A stretch of 53,378 bases of DNA from an uncultured Clostridia bacterium (GCA_947627415.1 CANQVU010000002.1:1-53378); one strand, 5' to 3'; positions 39,771 through 50,659 are shown, numbered from the stretch's first letter. Notes: generated by a model from the letters alone, not told the origin. Program-made: numbers and translations.

Positions 39771-41091
39771 ATGAAAGTAGGATTCGTATCACTAGGATGT
39801 TCTAAAAATTTAATAGATACAGAAATGGCAATAGGATTATTTAAGAAAAATAATTTTAAAATAGTAAATGATGTAGAAGAAGCAGAAATTATAGTAATAA
39901 ATACATGTGGATTTATAGAATCTGCGAAAGAAGAGGCTATAAATACTATTTTAGAAATGGCAGAGTATAAGAAAAAAGGAAAATGCAAATATTTAATAGC
40001 AATGGGATGCTTAGTACAAAGATATATGAAAGAACTAAAAAAAGCTATTCCTGAAGTAGATTTATTTATATCTATTGATGAATATAAAGATTTTTGGAAC
40101 AAAATTAATGAGTTAATATATGCAAATAATAAAAGTAATAATATTTGTAATGACCTAGATTATAAAGATAGAGTTATAAGTACAGGGGATAAAACAGCAT
40201 ATTTAAAGATTGCAGAAGGATGTAGTAATAGATGTACATATTGTGCTATACCATATATAAGAGGTCCTTATGTAAGTAGACCAATGGAAGATATATTAGA
40301 AGAAGCAAAAAAACTAAGTAGTATGGGTATAAAAGAGTTAATTATAATTGCTCAAGATACTACTAGATATGGTGAAGATATATATGGTAAATCAATGCTT
40401 AGTGAACTATTGGATAAACTATGCAATATAGATGGATTTAAGTGGATTAGATTTTTATATACTTATCCAGAATGTATAACAGATGAGTTAATAGAAACGG
40501 TAAAAAGAAATGATAAAATATGTAATTACTTTGATATACCTGTGCAACATATATCAGATTCAGTTTTAAAAAGAATGAATAGAAAAAGTACAGGAAAACA
40601 AATAGAAGACTTAATCATAAAAATAAGAAGAGAAATTCCAGACGTAATTTTAAGAACATCATTAATTGTAGGATTTCCGGGTGAAACAGAGGAAGATTTT
40701 AATAAATTATATAATTTTGTAAAAAAAGGATATTTTGGAAAACTTGGAGTTTTTACATATTCAAAGGAAGATGGAACACCAGCAGCAAAATTAAAAGAGC
40801 AAGTGCATCATAATACAAAAAAGAAGAGATATAACCAGATAATGGGTATAGCAAAAGAAATATCCAATGAAAATCTTAAGTCATGTATCGGGAATACATA
40901 TGATGTATTAATAGAAAATATAACATTTGATAATAAATTTTATATAGGAAGAAGTTATATGGATATACCGGAAACAGACGGAACTATAATAATTAAAAAT
41001 ACAAAAAATAATATGGTAGGTAAATTTATAAATTGTAGAATAACACGGAGTAAAAAACTATGACCTAATAGGAGAGATATGTGATGAATGA
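39771..41091 (+). CDS. rimO: ribosomal protein S12 methylthiotransferase RimO, read as 39771..41045 + 41047..41091
   Basis: MTTase N-domain, radical-SAM CSNRCTYCAIP, TRAM domain. +1 at CGG 41046 gives the tail ITGVKNYDLIGEICDE*, where YDLxGE is a typical RimO C-terminus. Confidence 0.85.
41046..41049 (+). other. in-frame CGG with +1 frame continuation (candidate recoding site)
   Basis: In ata aca CGG agt aaa aaa cta tga, frame +1 reads GGA GTA AAA AAC TAT GAC CTA ATA GGA GAG. Confidence 0.7.
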
Positions 41092-41656
41092 TTTTTTAAA
41101 TTCAGTTAGAGTAACAAATGAAGATAAAAAACTTACTATGTCAAAATTGCTATCTATAGTAATATATTCTACGACACTTTTATCACTAAATGAAATTTTA
41201 GAATTGCCAAGCAATACAGATAATGGATTAAATTCAGATACTTTTGCAGAATTGAGAAAAGAAATAAAATCTAAATTAAACGAAAACGAAATATTAGCAA
41301 CATATTCTTTAGCTAAAGAAATGAAAATATCAATGTTAAGTTCTAATTACAATAAAAAGCTATTTGAATATTTAGAATGGGATTCATATTCTTTAAATAA
41401 CGATAAATTACTTAAATTTATAAATGAAGTTGTAAAGGATATAGAAAGTAATAAAAAATCTAATAGAAATGTAAAATGGGCTTTACAAACTAATAAGATA
41501 TTTTCAAGACTAGAAGGAAAAAATACATATGAAGAAGATGATGAAGATAAATTTAGAGGAAGTTCTGACAATAAAAAAAATGATAGTTTTAATCATGGAG
41601 AAACAAGCATAGAAAGCGATAAAATAATAAAACTAAGTGAATATCTAACAAAATAA
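41084..41656 (+). CDS. hypothetical protein (190 aa)
   Basis: ATG 41084 lies 7 nt after GGAGAG and overlaps the rimO end. No family recognised. Confidence 0.5.
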   Translation: MNDFLNSVRVTNEDKKLTMSKLLSIVIYSTTLLSLNEILELPSNTDNGLNSDTFAELRKEIKSKLNENEILATYSLAKEMKISMLSSNYNKKLFEYLEWDSYSLNNDKLLKFINEVVKDIESNKKSNRNVKWALQTNKIFSRLEGKNTYEEDDEDKFRGSSDNKKNDSFNHGETSIESDKIIKLSEYLTK

Positions 41657-41767
41657 TGAGAAACATGGAATATAAACTAATATTATGATAAAATATGATA
41701 AATAAAAATAAATATAATAAAAAATTAAGAATATAATTTAATATACTAATTCTAGGAGAGATATAAA

Positions 41768-43744
41768 ATGGAAGATAATAAAGATAATATAAGTATTAAA
41801 AGACATCTAAAATTATTAAGCAAACAATATAGCAATATAGAACAAGTTTCAGAAGAAATAATAAATCTTCAAGCTATACTTAACTTACCTAAAGGAACAG
41901 AATTGTTTTTAAGTGATATACATGGAGAATATGGATCATTTTCTCACATATTGAATAATGGATCTGGTATTATAAAAAATAAAATTGAAGATATATTTAG
42001 TAATCAAATAACTGAACGCGAAAGAAGTGCACTTGCTACTTTAATATACTATCCGGAAGAAAAATTAGCACTTGTAAAAAAAGAAGTAAGCGATTTAGAT
42101 GATTGGTATAGTATCACGTTATATAGATTAATAGAAGTAGCAAGAGAAGTAAGCTCAAAATACTCAAGGTCAAAAGTAAGAAAAGCAATGCCAAAGGGGT
42201 TTGACTATATAATAGATGAATTGCTACATCTTCAAGGATGTGGACCTGATAAAGAAACTTATTATAAACAAATAATAAAATCAATAGTTGAACTAGATAG
42301 AGCAGATGATTTTATAGTTGCGATATCGAATCTAATAAAAAGAATGGCGATAGATCACCTTCATGTGTTAGGGGACATATTTGACCGTGGACCAAGTGCA
42401 AAGCTTGTAATGGATACATTAATGAAATTCCATAGCTTGGATATTGAACTTGGAAACCATGATATATTATGGATGGGAGCAGCATGTGGTAATAGAGCTT
42501 GTATAGCAAATGTAATAAGAATATGTAGTAGATATGATAATATAGATACATTAGAAGATGGATATGGAATAAATATTAGACCTCTTACAACATTTGCTTT
42601 AAATACATATAACAATGATGATTGCGAAAAATTTATGCCAAAAGTTTTTGACTATAATAAATACATAGGAAGTGATGAAGTATCTATAGCTAAATTGCAT
42701 AAAGCTATATCAATTATACAAATAAAACTAGAGGGCCAAATGGTAAAGAACCATCCAGAGTATGAAATGAATTCTAGATTATTATTAGATAAAATAGACT
42801 ATAAAAAGGGAACAATAAAAATTGATGGGAAAATATATAAGCTAAATGATACTAACTTCCCTACAATAGATCCAAAAAATCCATATAATCTAACAAGAGA
42901 AGAAGAGGAAATAATATCAAGATTAGAGGAATCTTTTAAGAATAGTGAAACTTTAAATAAACATATAGCTTTTCTTTACTCTAAATCTTCAATATATAAA
43001 TGTTTTAATTCGAATTTATTATTCCATGGTTGCATACCAATGGACAAAAATGGAGAATTTACAAAGGTAGATATATTAGGTAGAACTTTATCAGGAAAAG
43101 AATACTTAGATTTTATTGATAAAACTATAAGAAAAGTATATATTGAAAAAGATAATGAGGATAAAAATAAAGATATAAATGACTTAATGTGGTACTTATG
43201 GTGTGGGCCAAAATCGCCTTTGTTTGGTAAAGAAAAAGCTGCCACATTTGAAAGATATTTTGTAGTAGATAAAGAAACTCATGAAGAAAAGAAAAATCCA
43301 TATTTTACTTTAATTGAAAATGAAGAGACTTGTAACAAGATTTTAAGAGAATTTGGTCTAGAAGGAAAAAATTCTCATATAATTAATGGGCATATACCAG
43401 TAAAAGAAAAGGATGGAGAAAGCCCGATAAGAGCAAATGGTAAACTATTAGTAATAGATGGTGGATTTGCAAAAAGTTATAGATCACAAACAGGTAGAGC
43501 AGGATATACATTAACATATAATTCATATGGATTAATACTTGCAGCTAATGAACCATTTGATTCTAAGGCAGATGCAATTAGAGAAGAGATAGATATAAAA
43601 TATGATATAATGGTTAATGAAAAAGAAACAGAAAGAAAGAGTGTTGCAGATACAGATGTAGGAAAAGAAATTCAAGAAGAAATAGATGACTTAAAGTTAC
43701 TACTTAAGGCATATAGAGAAGGAAAAATAAAACAGGCAATTTAA
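41768..43744 (+). CDS. fbp: fructose-1,6-bisphosphatase class 3
   Basis: 658 aa with the metallophosphoesterase signature LSDIHGEY, GDIFDRGP, GNHD typical of Firmicute Fbp. Confidence 0.9.
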   Translation: MEDNKDNISIKRHLKLLSKQYSNIEQVSEEIINLQAILNLPKGTELFLSDIHGEYGSFSHILNNGSGIIKNKIEDIFSNQITERERSALATLIYYPEEKLALVKKEVSDLDDWYSITLYRLIEVAREVSSKYSRSKVRKAMPKGFDYIIDELLHLQGCGPDKETYYKQIIKSIVELDRADDFIVAISNLIKRMAIDHLHVLGDIFDRGPSAKLVMDTLMKFHSLDIELGNHDILWMGAACGNRACIANVIRICSRYDNIDTLEDGYGINIRPLTTFALNTYNNDDCEKFMPKVFDYNKYIGSDEVSIAKLHKAISIIQIKLEGQMVKNHPEYEMNSRLLLDKIDYKKGTIKIDGKIYKLNDTNFPTIDPKNPYNLTREEEEIISRLEESFKNSETLNKHIAFLYSKSSIYKCFNSNLLFHGCIPMDKNGEFTKVDILGRTLSGKEYLDFIDKTIRKVYIEKDNEDKNKDINDLMWYLWCGPKSPLFGKEKAATFERYFVVDKETHEEKKNPYFTLIENEETCNKILREFGLEGKNSHIINGHIPVKEKDGESPIRANGKLLVIDGGFAKSYRSQTGRAGYTLTYNSYGLILAANEPFDSKADAIREEIDIKYDIMVNEKETERKSVADTDVGKEIQEEIDDLKLLLKAYREGKIKQAI

Positions 43745-43786
43745 ATTTTACTTTATAGAAGGATTATATTTAATAAAAAATAAATA

Positions 43787-43827
43787 ATTGAAAAAAAGGG
43801 GAGAAATAAACCCCTTTTTTTCAATTA
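43787..43827. terminator. bidirectional terminator
   Basis: AATTGAAAAAAAGGGG..CCCCTTTTTTTCAATT. Confidence 0.75.
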
Positions 43828-44736
43828 TTAGCAACTAAAATCCTTTCTTTTTAATACTATTATTGCCATACTTAAAGTAGCTGTAGTAATAGCAAGAATT
43901 TCTAATAAACTATTTGAACCTGTTTTTGGTGTATCCTCCTTTTTAGGCTTTTCAATAACAGTTTCTTTATACTCTTCACCTTCGAATGGTACATCTCCAA
44001 TATCGTTACCTAGATATATAATTTTATTGTTTTTATCTGTAACAACTAATTGATTATCATTTACATATACTTTATTAGTACTATTTTCTCTATTTACTAT
44101 TTCAAATTCCCCTATAGGGTCTTCTGTGTCAATATAAACAACATTATTTTTTTCTGTAGATGATAAACTACCATTCATTATTAAAACTGGATTTGTTTCT
44201 CCATCGACAAGACTTGTTCCTCTAGCAATTTCTATACCATTATTAGTACCTTTTCTACCATTGTGTCCTAAATGTAGACTTATAACTTCAACTGTACCAG
44301 CATTAGCTAAAACTCCACCATAAGCACAATCTTTAATTTCTACATTATTTAAAACGACATATCCTCCATTATAAGCTTGAACACCATATTTTACGCTGTT
44401 ACTTAAAATAAGATCCTTTAAAGTTAGTTTTGTTCCTTTACCTGCTGTTAATAAAGTACTGTTTTCTCCACTCTTTTGCCATTCATCAGCATTGGCAGAA
44501 ATAGTGTGACCATTACCATTAATAGTTATATTTTTGTCAGCTATATCAATTGGAGCCTTTAATACTATATTAGTTGATAAAGAAATAGTATCATTGCTAT
44601 CTGCCTCCTTAATTGCTTTAACTAAGGTGTTTTCATCACCTGCTGGAATATTTGTAGCCTTAGAACAAATTGGAATCGCAATTAAGGCAAATAATGATAA
44701 TAAAAATAATAAAAATAATTTTTTGAAAATTTTCAT
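43828..44736 (-). CDS. sortase-anchored surface protein with a right-handed beta-helix
   Basis: Signal peptide. Repeats NGGYVVLNNVEIKDCAYGGVLANAGTVEV. C-terminal TPKTGS, hydrophobic helix and KRK tail. The PxTG-type sorting signal resembles those of Peptostreptococcaceae/Clostridia. Confidence 0.7.
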   Translation of the reverse strand: MKIFKKLFLLFLLSLFALIAIPICSKATNIPAGDENTLVKAIKEADSNDTISLSTNIVLKAPIDIADKNITINGNGHTISANADEWQKSGENSTLLTAGKGTKLTLKDLILSNSVKYGVQAYNGGYVVLNNVEIKDCAYGGVLANAGTVEVISLHLGHNGRKGTNNGIEIARGTSLVDGETNPVLIMNGSLSSTEKNNVVYIDTEDPIGEFEIVNRENSTNKVYVNDNQLVVTDKNNKIIYLGNDIGDVPFEGEEYKETVIEKPKKEDTPKTGSNSLLEILAITTATLSMAIIVLKRKDFSC

Positions 44737-44960
44737 GTTATCCTCCTTTCAAAATTTATATTATTAGAATTTGTTTTTTAAAAATTTTTATACAAATTTT
44801 TATTTTTTTTTACATAATTTGATTTTATTTGAGAAATTTAAAAATAAGCTATAAAAAATTAATTATATAAACTAGGTAATATATAAACTTTATATAATTA
44901 CTTGCTAGTTACAAAAAAAATATATATAATAAATATATAAATTTTGTAGGAGATGAAAAA

Positions 44961-45857
44961 ATGGGATTAGAAGTAAAAAATGTTAAGAAAAATTTTGCTA
45001 CAAAACTTGCAGTAGATAATCTTTCATTCACAATAGATAAACCAGGAGCATTTGGACTTCTCGGAACAAATGGGGCAGGAAAGACTACTACAATTAGGAT
45101 GATACTTGGAATTATAAAAAAGGATAGTGGAACTATTCTATGGAATGGAAAAGAAGTTTCAAGGAAACATGTTAATTTTGGCTATTTACCAGAAGAAAGG
45201 GGGATATATCCTAAAACAAAAGTATATGACCAATTAATGTATTTTGCAAAATTAAAAGGAATGAAAAAGCAAGAAGCAGATAAAGCTATTAAATATTGGT
45301 TAAAAAGATTAGAGTTAGAAGAATATACATATCAAGTGGCAGAAAAATTATCTAAAGGAAATCAACAAAAAGTACAATTTATAACAGCAATTATGCATGA
45401 CCCAGAGTTAATAGTTTTAGACGAGCCATTTAGTGGACTAGATCCAATAAATACAGAAATATTAAAAAATGTAATCATAGAATTAATTAATAAAGGTAAA
45501 TATATAATAATGTCTAGTCATCAAATGAATTCAATAGAAGAATTTTGCACAGATTTAGTAATATTAAATAAAGGAAATACAGTACTTCAAGGTAATTTAA
45601 ACAAAATAAAAAATAGTTATAAATCAAACAAAATAGAAATACAAACTTTAGAAAATATTGATAAAATAATTGAAAAATTAGGGCTAAAAATAATATTTTC
45701 AAAAGATAATAATTATGAAATAGAAATAAAAGACGAAGAAGAAGGATATAAATTATATAATTTACTTGCAAAAGATAATGTTAAAGTAAATAAGTTCGAA
45801 CTTAAAAAACCAAGCTTACATGATATATTTATAGAGAAAGTAGGTGCAGGTAAATGA
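44961..45857 (+). CDS. ABC transporter ATP-binding protein (NatA-like)
   Basis: Walker A GTNGAGKTT, signature LSKGNQQK, Walker B LIVLDEP. Confidence 0.85.
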   Translation: MGLEVKNVKKNFATKLAVDNLSFTIDKPGAFGLLGTNGAGKTTTIRMILGIIKKDSGTILWNGKEVSRKHVNFGYLPEERGIYPKTKVYDQLMYFAKLKGMKKQEADKAIKYWLKRLELEEYTYQVAEKLSKGNQQKVQFITAIMHDPELIVLDEPFSGLDPINTEILKNVIIELINKGKYIIMSSHQMNSIEEFCTDLVILNKGNTVLQGNLNKIKNSYKSNKIEIQTLENIDKIIEKLGLKIIFSKDNNYEIEIKDEEEGYKLYNLLAKDNVKVNKFELKKPSLHDIFIEKVGAGK

Positions 45858-47086
45858 GAGATTTAATAACAGTCGCAGAATTTACAATAAAAGATATGAT
45901 ACAAAGGAAATCATTTATAATATCAACATTAATTATATTAGTATTAATAGTAGTTGGATTTAATATACCAAATATTATCAGCAAAATAAAAGGAGATAGC
46001 GATTGGAACGATAAAATTTTATTAGTTGATAGTGAAAATATATTTGAAGAAAATTTAGAAGCATTAAATACACAAGATATAGGTTATAATTTTATAATAC
46101 AAAATGAAAAAATAGATGAACAAGAAATAAAAAATAAAATAAATAATGGCGAAATAGACAGCTGTTTAGTATTTACAAAAGCTGATAATGAAGTAGTTAT
46201 TAATTACTATGTAGAAAGTGCAGTTTCTTATGGAGAAATACCTCAGGAAGTACTTGCATCTTTTGAAAATATTTATAAGAATGTGCAGTTATCTAAGCTT
46301 GGCTTAAGTAATGAGCAATTACAAAACTTAAATATGCCATTTAATGTAAATACAATAGAAACAGATGAAAATGCAGCAAGTGGTAATCAATTTATAATAA
46401 TGATGTTATCTATATTGCTATTCTATGCAATATACTTCTGCGCATATCAAGTTTCAAGCTCAATAACAACAGAAAAAACATCAAAAATAATGGAAACACT
46501 TATAACTTCCACAAATCCAAGAACAATAGTATTAGGTAAAACAATAGGAATAGGAATTGTAGGGCTATTGCAAATAATATTAATTATACTAGTAGCGGTT
46601 ATATCTGCAATAAGTTTCTTGCCAGAAGGAACTCTAGATGGGTTATTTGATATGACAAACATAACACCAATGCTAGGAGTAGTAATTATAATATACTTTA
46701 TATTTGGATATTTCTTCTATGCATTATTATATGCATTAACAGGATCAACTGTAAGTAAACCAGAAGATATAAATTCTGCAAATGGTCCAATAGCAATTAT
46801 AGCAGTAGTTGGATTTTATTTAGCATATTTCTCTATGATGAATCCAAGTAGTGATATTAATGTAATTGCATCTGTGCTACCAATATCATCACCATTTAGT
46901 ATGCCATTTAGAGTAATGATGGGAACAGCAACCATTAGTGAATTAATAGCTTCAATATTTGTATTATTAGTAAGCATACTAGTAGTAGCAAAAATATCAA
47001 TAAAAATATACTCATCAGCAATACTAAATTATGGAACAAAACTAAGCTTAAAAGATATGATGAAAATATATAAAAATGAAAAGTAG
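45854..47086 (+). CDS. ABC-2 type transporter permease (NatB-like)
   Basis: N-terminal TM helix, large extracytoplasmic loop, and a C-terminal cluster of five TM helices. Start overlaps the upstream stop. Confidence 0.75.
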   Translation: MRDLITVAEFTIKDMIQRKSFIISTLIILVLIVVGFNIPNIISKIKGDSDWNDKILLVDSENIFEENLEALNTQDIGYNFIIQNEKIDEQEIKNKINNGEIDSCLVFTKADNEVVINYYVESAVSYGEIPQEVLASFENIYKNVQLSKLGLSNEQLQNLNMPFNVNTIETDENAASGNQFIIMMLSILLFYAIYFCAYQVSSSITTEKTSKIMETLITSTNPRTIVLGKTIGIGIVGLLQIILIILVAVISAISFLPEGTLDGLFDMTNITPMLGVVIIIYFIFGYFFYALLYALTGSTVSKPEDINSANGPIAIIAVVGFYLAYFSMMNPSSDINVIASVLPISSPFSMPFRVMMGTATISELIASIFVLLVSILVVAKISIKIYSSAILNYGTKLSLKDMMKIYKNEK

Positions 47087-47214
47087 ATATATTAAGGTTC
47101 TTAATATTAAAAAATCTGCATCATATGGATTGATTTTGGAAGGAAAAACAATAAAAATTGTATCCAAAGAGATTAAATCTTCTGAGTGACTTTACTTAAA
47201 GTTATTAATAGAAG

Positions 47215-47250
47215 AAAAAACACGGGAGTTTATAGACTCTCGTGTTTTTT
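47215..47250. terminator. bidirectional terminator
   Basis: AAAAAACACGGGAG..CTCTCGTGTTTTTT. Confidence 0.75.
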
Positions 47251-48115
47251 AAAATAGTAAGTTATAAATTCCATTTGTTAGCATACATACTAAAATTCCA
47301 CAAACAGTAGGTATAATAAACGAAATGATTGCCCATTTCCAGCGTCCGGTTTCTTTTTTTATGCTAATTAAAGTAGTACTACAAGGAAAGTGCATCAAAC
47401 TAAATAGCATTACATTTATTGCAGTAAGCAGTGTCCAACCATTGTTTATTAATATATTAGATATACTTGTTAAATCTTCAATTTGAACTAGATTCCCACC
47501 AGACATATAGCTCATAAGAATTATTGGAAGTACTATTTCATTTGCAGGAAGTGCTAAAATAAATGCAGTTAAAATGTACCCATCTAATCCCATAAGACTG
47601 GCGAAAGGATTTAAGAACTGTGCAATATGATTTAAAATAGATATTCCAGCAATATTTATATTAGCAAATAGCCATATAACAACTCCTGCAGGTGCAGCAA
47701 CAGCAACCGCTCTACCAAGAACAAACAGTGTTCTATCAAAAATTGAACGCACCAAGACCTTACCAATTTGTGGCATTCTATAAGGAGGAAGTTCTAATAC
47801 AAAAGATGAAGGAATTCCTTTAAGTATGGTCTTAGATAAAATTTTAGATATAATAAGTGTCATTAAAATACCTATAATTATTACTAAAATTACAGATAAA
47901 GTAGATAAAATGGAAGACCAAATACCAAACGTGCTTCTTGCAATAAATATCGAAGAAATAGTAATTAAAAATGGAAATCTTCCATTACAAGGAACAAAGT
48001 TATTAGTAAGTATCGCAATTAATCTTTCTCTAGGAGAATCTATAATTCTTGCTCCAACAACTCCGGCAGCATTACAACCAAATCCCATGCACATGGTAGT
48101 GACAAAATGGTAGTT
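47249..48115 (-). pseudogene. feoB: 5'-truncated ferrous iron transporter FeoB (C-terminal membrane part only)
   Basis: Begins within the GFGCNAAGVVGARIIDSPRERL motif region. The G-domain and first TM helices are absent, and a stop lies at 48116-48118 in frame upstream. Confidence 0.6.
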
Positions 48116-48283
48116 TTAAAATATGTTAATAAACGTGGATGCGTGCAAAGTGTTAATATAAAAATTAATGTGTATCTCAGAGTATAAAATTATCCTTATG
48201 CAATTAATACAAGTATTTTTGAAAAGAAAAATTTTAATTATGGAAAAAGTATTAGAATATTCAATACTAAAGTTAAATTGTAT

Positions 48284-48312
48284 TTGACAAATATGAACTT
48301 TAAGAATATAAT
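48284..48312 (+). promoter_or_regulatory. perfect consensus sigma-A promoter
   Basis: TTGACA (48284-48289), 17-nt spacer, TATAAT (48307-48312). Confidence 0.55.
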
Positions 48313-48338
48313 ATTACCATATAAGGTGAGGAATTTAT

Positions 48339-48416
48339 ATGAGATTAGTTACAAATATGTTTAATGAAATAAATAATAGACATCATGTATGGATGAATAT
48401 CACCCATACATATTAG
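48339..48416 (+). CDS. 25-aa leader-peptide candidate MRLVTNMFNEINNRHHVWMNITHTY
   Basis: AAGGTGAGG lies 8 nt upstream. The ORF spans hairpin arms A (48385-48392) and B (48404-48411). Confidence 0.4.
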   Translation: MRLVTNMFNEINNRHHVWMNITHTY

Positions 48417-48442
48417 TCGTGTTTTTAAAATAGATAGACTAA

Positions 48443-48481
48443 ACATGTATGAGTGAAAAAAATCTCATACATGTTTTTTTG
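48443..48481 (+). terminator. rho-independent terminator / attenuator
   Basis: ACATGTATGAG..CTCATACATGT stem followed by T7. The 5' arm can alternatively pair with CCCATACATATT (48403-48414). Confidence 0.65.
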
Positions 48482-48518
48482 TTGAATAGGAAAAATCGAA
48501 GATTTTCCTATTCAACAA
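48479..48518. repeat. perfect-arm palindrome TTGTTGAATAGGAAAAATC / GATTTTCCTATTCAACAA
   Basis: The same arms recur at 51207-51267 with a 23-nt centre. Confidence 0.6.
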
Positions 48519-48628
48519 AAATGCTATAATCGCTATCGCCTTTGAGATTTGCTCCTTATAGTCGCAAACTCAAATCGGCGAGAACAAAGGGCGGTCAAAG
48601 ACCGCTTTGTTCTGAAAGAGGTGAGTTT

Positions 48629-49387
48629 ATGGATATATCATATAAGATATATAATCCAGCTGGGAATATTACAGCATTAGTTTTAGGAGATGAATATGAT
48701 TTAAAACAAAAGAAGTTAATAAATAATATGATTATGGAAAAAGAGCCAAAAGTTGAGCAAGTGGGATTTGTATCTAAAAAGTATAAAAGATTAACAATGG
48801 CAGGAGGAGAGTTTTGTGGTAATGCAAGTAGATGTGCAACATTATATTATACTGAAAATCAACAAAATATTGAATTAGAGGTAAATAATTACAAAATAAA
48901 AGCTGGAGTAGATAAAAAGAATAAAGTCTGGTGTGAAATACCAATAGAGCAATATAAAATTATAAAAATAAATGAAAACATATATAAAGTTATACTAAAA
49001 GGCATTACTATACTAGTTGTAGAAAATGCTACAAACTATAAAAATGTTAAACAAGATGCACGAGAATTAATACAGAAATATAATTTAAAAGATGATGCAG
49101 TAGGAGTAATGTTTGTAGAAAGAATAAAAAAACATATTAAAATATATCCAATTGTATGGGTAAGAATGATAGATACATTATTTTTCGAAAATGCATGTGG
49201 TTCAGGTACGGTAGCAATAAGTATGTTGGAAAGCTGGTTAACACAAAAAACAAATAAATATGCTATAAAACAGCCATCAGGGGATTTTTTAGAAACCGAA
49301 ATAACTATAAAAAATAATAGTATAGTTAAGGCTATATTAAAAGGGAAGATTACAACAGACAATAAAATAAGAAAAGTTATAATTTAA
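48629..49387 (+). CDS. DapF-fold PLP-independent epimerase/racemase family protein
   Basis: IYNPAGNITALV N-terminus and two catalytic-type Cys motifs, GEFCGNASRC and ENACGSGT. ATG 48629 follows GAGGTGAG. Confidence 0.7.
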   Translation: MDISYKIYNPAGNITALVLGDEYDLKQKKLINNMIMEKEPKVEQVGFVSKKYKRLTMAGGEFCGNASRCATLYYTENQQNIELEVNNYKIKAGVDKKNKVWCEIPIEQYKIIKINENIYKVILKGITILVVENATNYKNVKQDARELIQKYNLKDDAVGVMFVERIKKHIKIYPIVWVRMIDTLFFENACGSGTVAISMLESWLTQKTNKYAIKQPSGDFLETEITIKNNSIVKAILKGKITTDNKIRKVII

Positions 49388-49398
49388 AGGAGAGTAAA

Positions 49399-50445
49399 AT
49401 GAATATGGAAGATTATAAAATTTTAAGTGATTTAATAAAATTTAATACGATACAAGATAAAGAAAATAAAGAAATACTTGATTATATAGAAAATTATTTG
49501 TTAAAGTTAAATTTTAAAACAGAGTATAAAGGTAAATATTTAATAATGAGCATAGGAGAAAATCCAAAAGTAGGATTTTTAGGTCATACAGATACAGTGG
49601 AATATATAGAAGGTTGGGATAGTAATCCATTTGAATTAACAAAAATAGATAATAGATTATATGGATTAGGTGCTTGCGATATGAAAGGCGGGATTGCAGC
49701 AATATTAAATGCAGTTTCAAAAATAGATTTTTCAAAATTAAAATATGGTATGAAATTATATTTTACATATGATGAAGAAATAGGATTTAGTGGGATTTAT
49801 GATATTGTGAATTCAAAAGAAAAATTTCCAGAAATAATGATATTTGGAGAACCAACAAATAATCAAATATTAGTAGGTAGTAAAGGGTTGTTAGAATATG
49901 AATTAAAATTTAAAGGAATAAAAGCACATTCTAGTAATCCTGCAAAAGGAAAGAGTGCAAATCTGAATGCAGTAAAATTTATAATGGAATTAGATAAATT
50001 TTATAATGAAAAAATAAAAAAGTACAAGGAGAGTTATTTTGAAATACCATATACAACAATGAATGTTGGAACAATAAATGGTGGAAGTGCAAAAAATTCT
50101 GTTTCTGCAAATTGTGAAATCAGTATAGATTTTAGAATTGCTAATAAAAAACACATTAAATTAATAAAAGAAAAAATAGAAATTCTTTCAGAAAAATATG
50201 AATGCGAAATAAATTTAATTGAAGAAATAGATCCTTTTATTGATAAAACCGATTTAGTAGATACAATTAAAACAGCTAATTTCATAACAGAGGCAAGCTT
50301 TATGCACACTAAAAGCAGAATAATATTAGGTGCCGGACCTATAACAGCACACGAGATGAATGAATACATAACAGAAGAAAGTTATATGAATTTAGTTGAA
50401 CAATATAAAAAGATAATAGAAAGAATATGCACATTGGGGACGTAA
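49399..50445 (+). CDS. M20 family metallopeptidase (ArgE/DapE-like deacylase)
   Basis: GHTDTV, GACDMKGG, GEPT motifs. Confidence 0.8.
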   Translation: MNMEDYKILSDLIKFNTIQDKENKEILDYIENYLLKLNFKTEYKGKYLIMSIGENPKVGFLGHTDTVEYIEGWDSNPFELTKIDNRLYGLGACDMKGGIAAILNAVSKIDFSKLKYGMKLYFTYDEEIGFSGIYDIVNSKEKFPEIMIFGEPTNNQILVGSKGLLEYELKFKGIKAHSSNPAKGKSANLNAVKFIMELDKFYNEKIKKYKESYFEIPYTTMNVGTINGGSAKNSVSANCEISIDFRIANKKHIKLIKEKIEILSEKYECEINLIEEIDPFIDKTDLVDTIKTANFITEASFMHTKSRIILGAGPITAHEMNEYITEESYMNLVEQYKKIIERICTLGT

Positions 50446-50484
50446 AATATGTGCAAAAATAAATATTGCAAAAGGACAAATGAA

Positions 50485-50514
50485 ATAAAAAAATACCACT
50501 TATAAATAGTGGTA
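50485..50514 (-). terminator. minus-strand rho-independent terminator (probable 3' end of the toxin mRNA)
   Basis: TACCACT..AGTGGTA stem followed by a T-run when read on the minus strand. Confidence 0.5.
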
Positions 50515-50659
50515 AAATAAAAAACAGTTAAATTGCATTAAATATGATGCTATTACATAACACTTACCGAGATAATGGCATACAAAAAAGGATTTACTGT
50601 TTAACTATATTAAGTTTAACATTTTTGAATTATAGAGTCAATTAAATTTGCAAAAACAA

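Noticed and set aside
988-41091. Alternative genetic code with TGA as a sense codon
   Set aside because: TGA terminates well-delimited genes (rsmA at 988-990, rimO at 41089-41091), and I saw no in-frame TGA inside conserved ORFs.
48542-48628. N-terminal extension of the epimerase ORF (MRFAPYSRKLKSARTKGGQRPLCSERGEF)
   Set aside because: The region forms two strong hairpins and is relatively GC-rich non-coding sequence. A good SD (GAGGTGAG) precedes ATG 48629, where the family-typical N-terminus begins.
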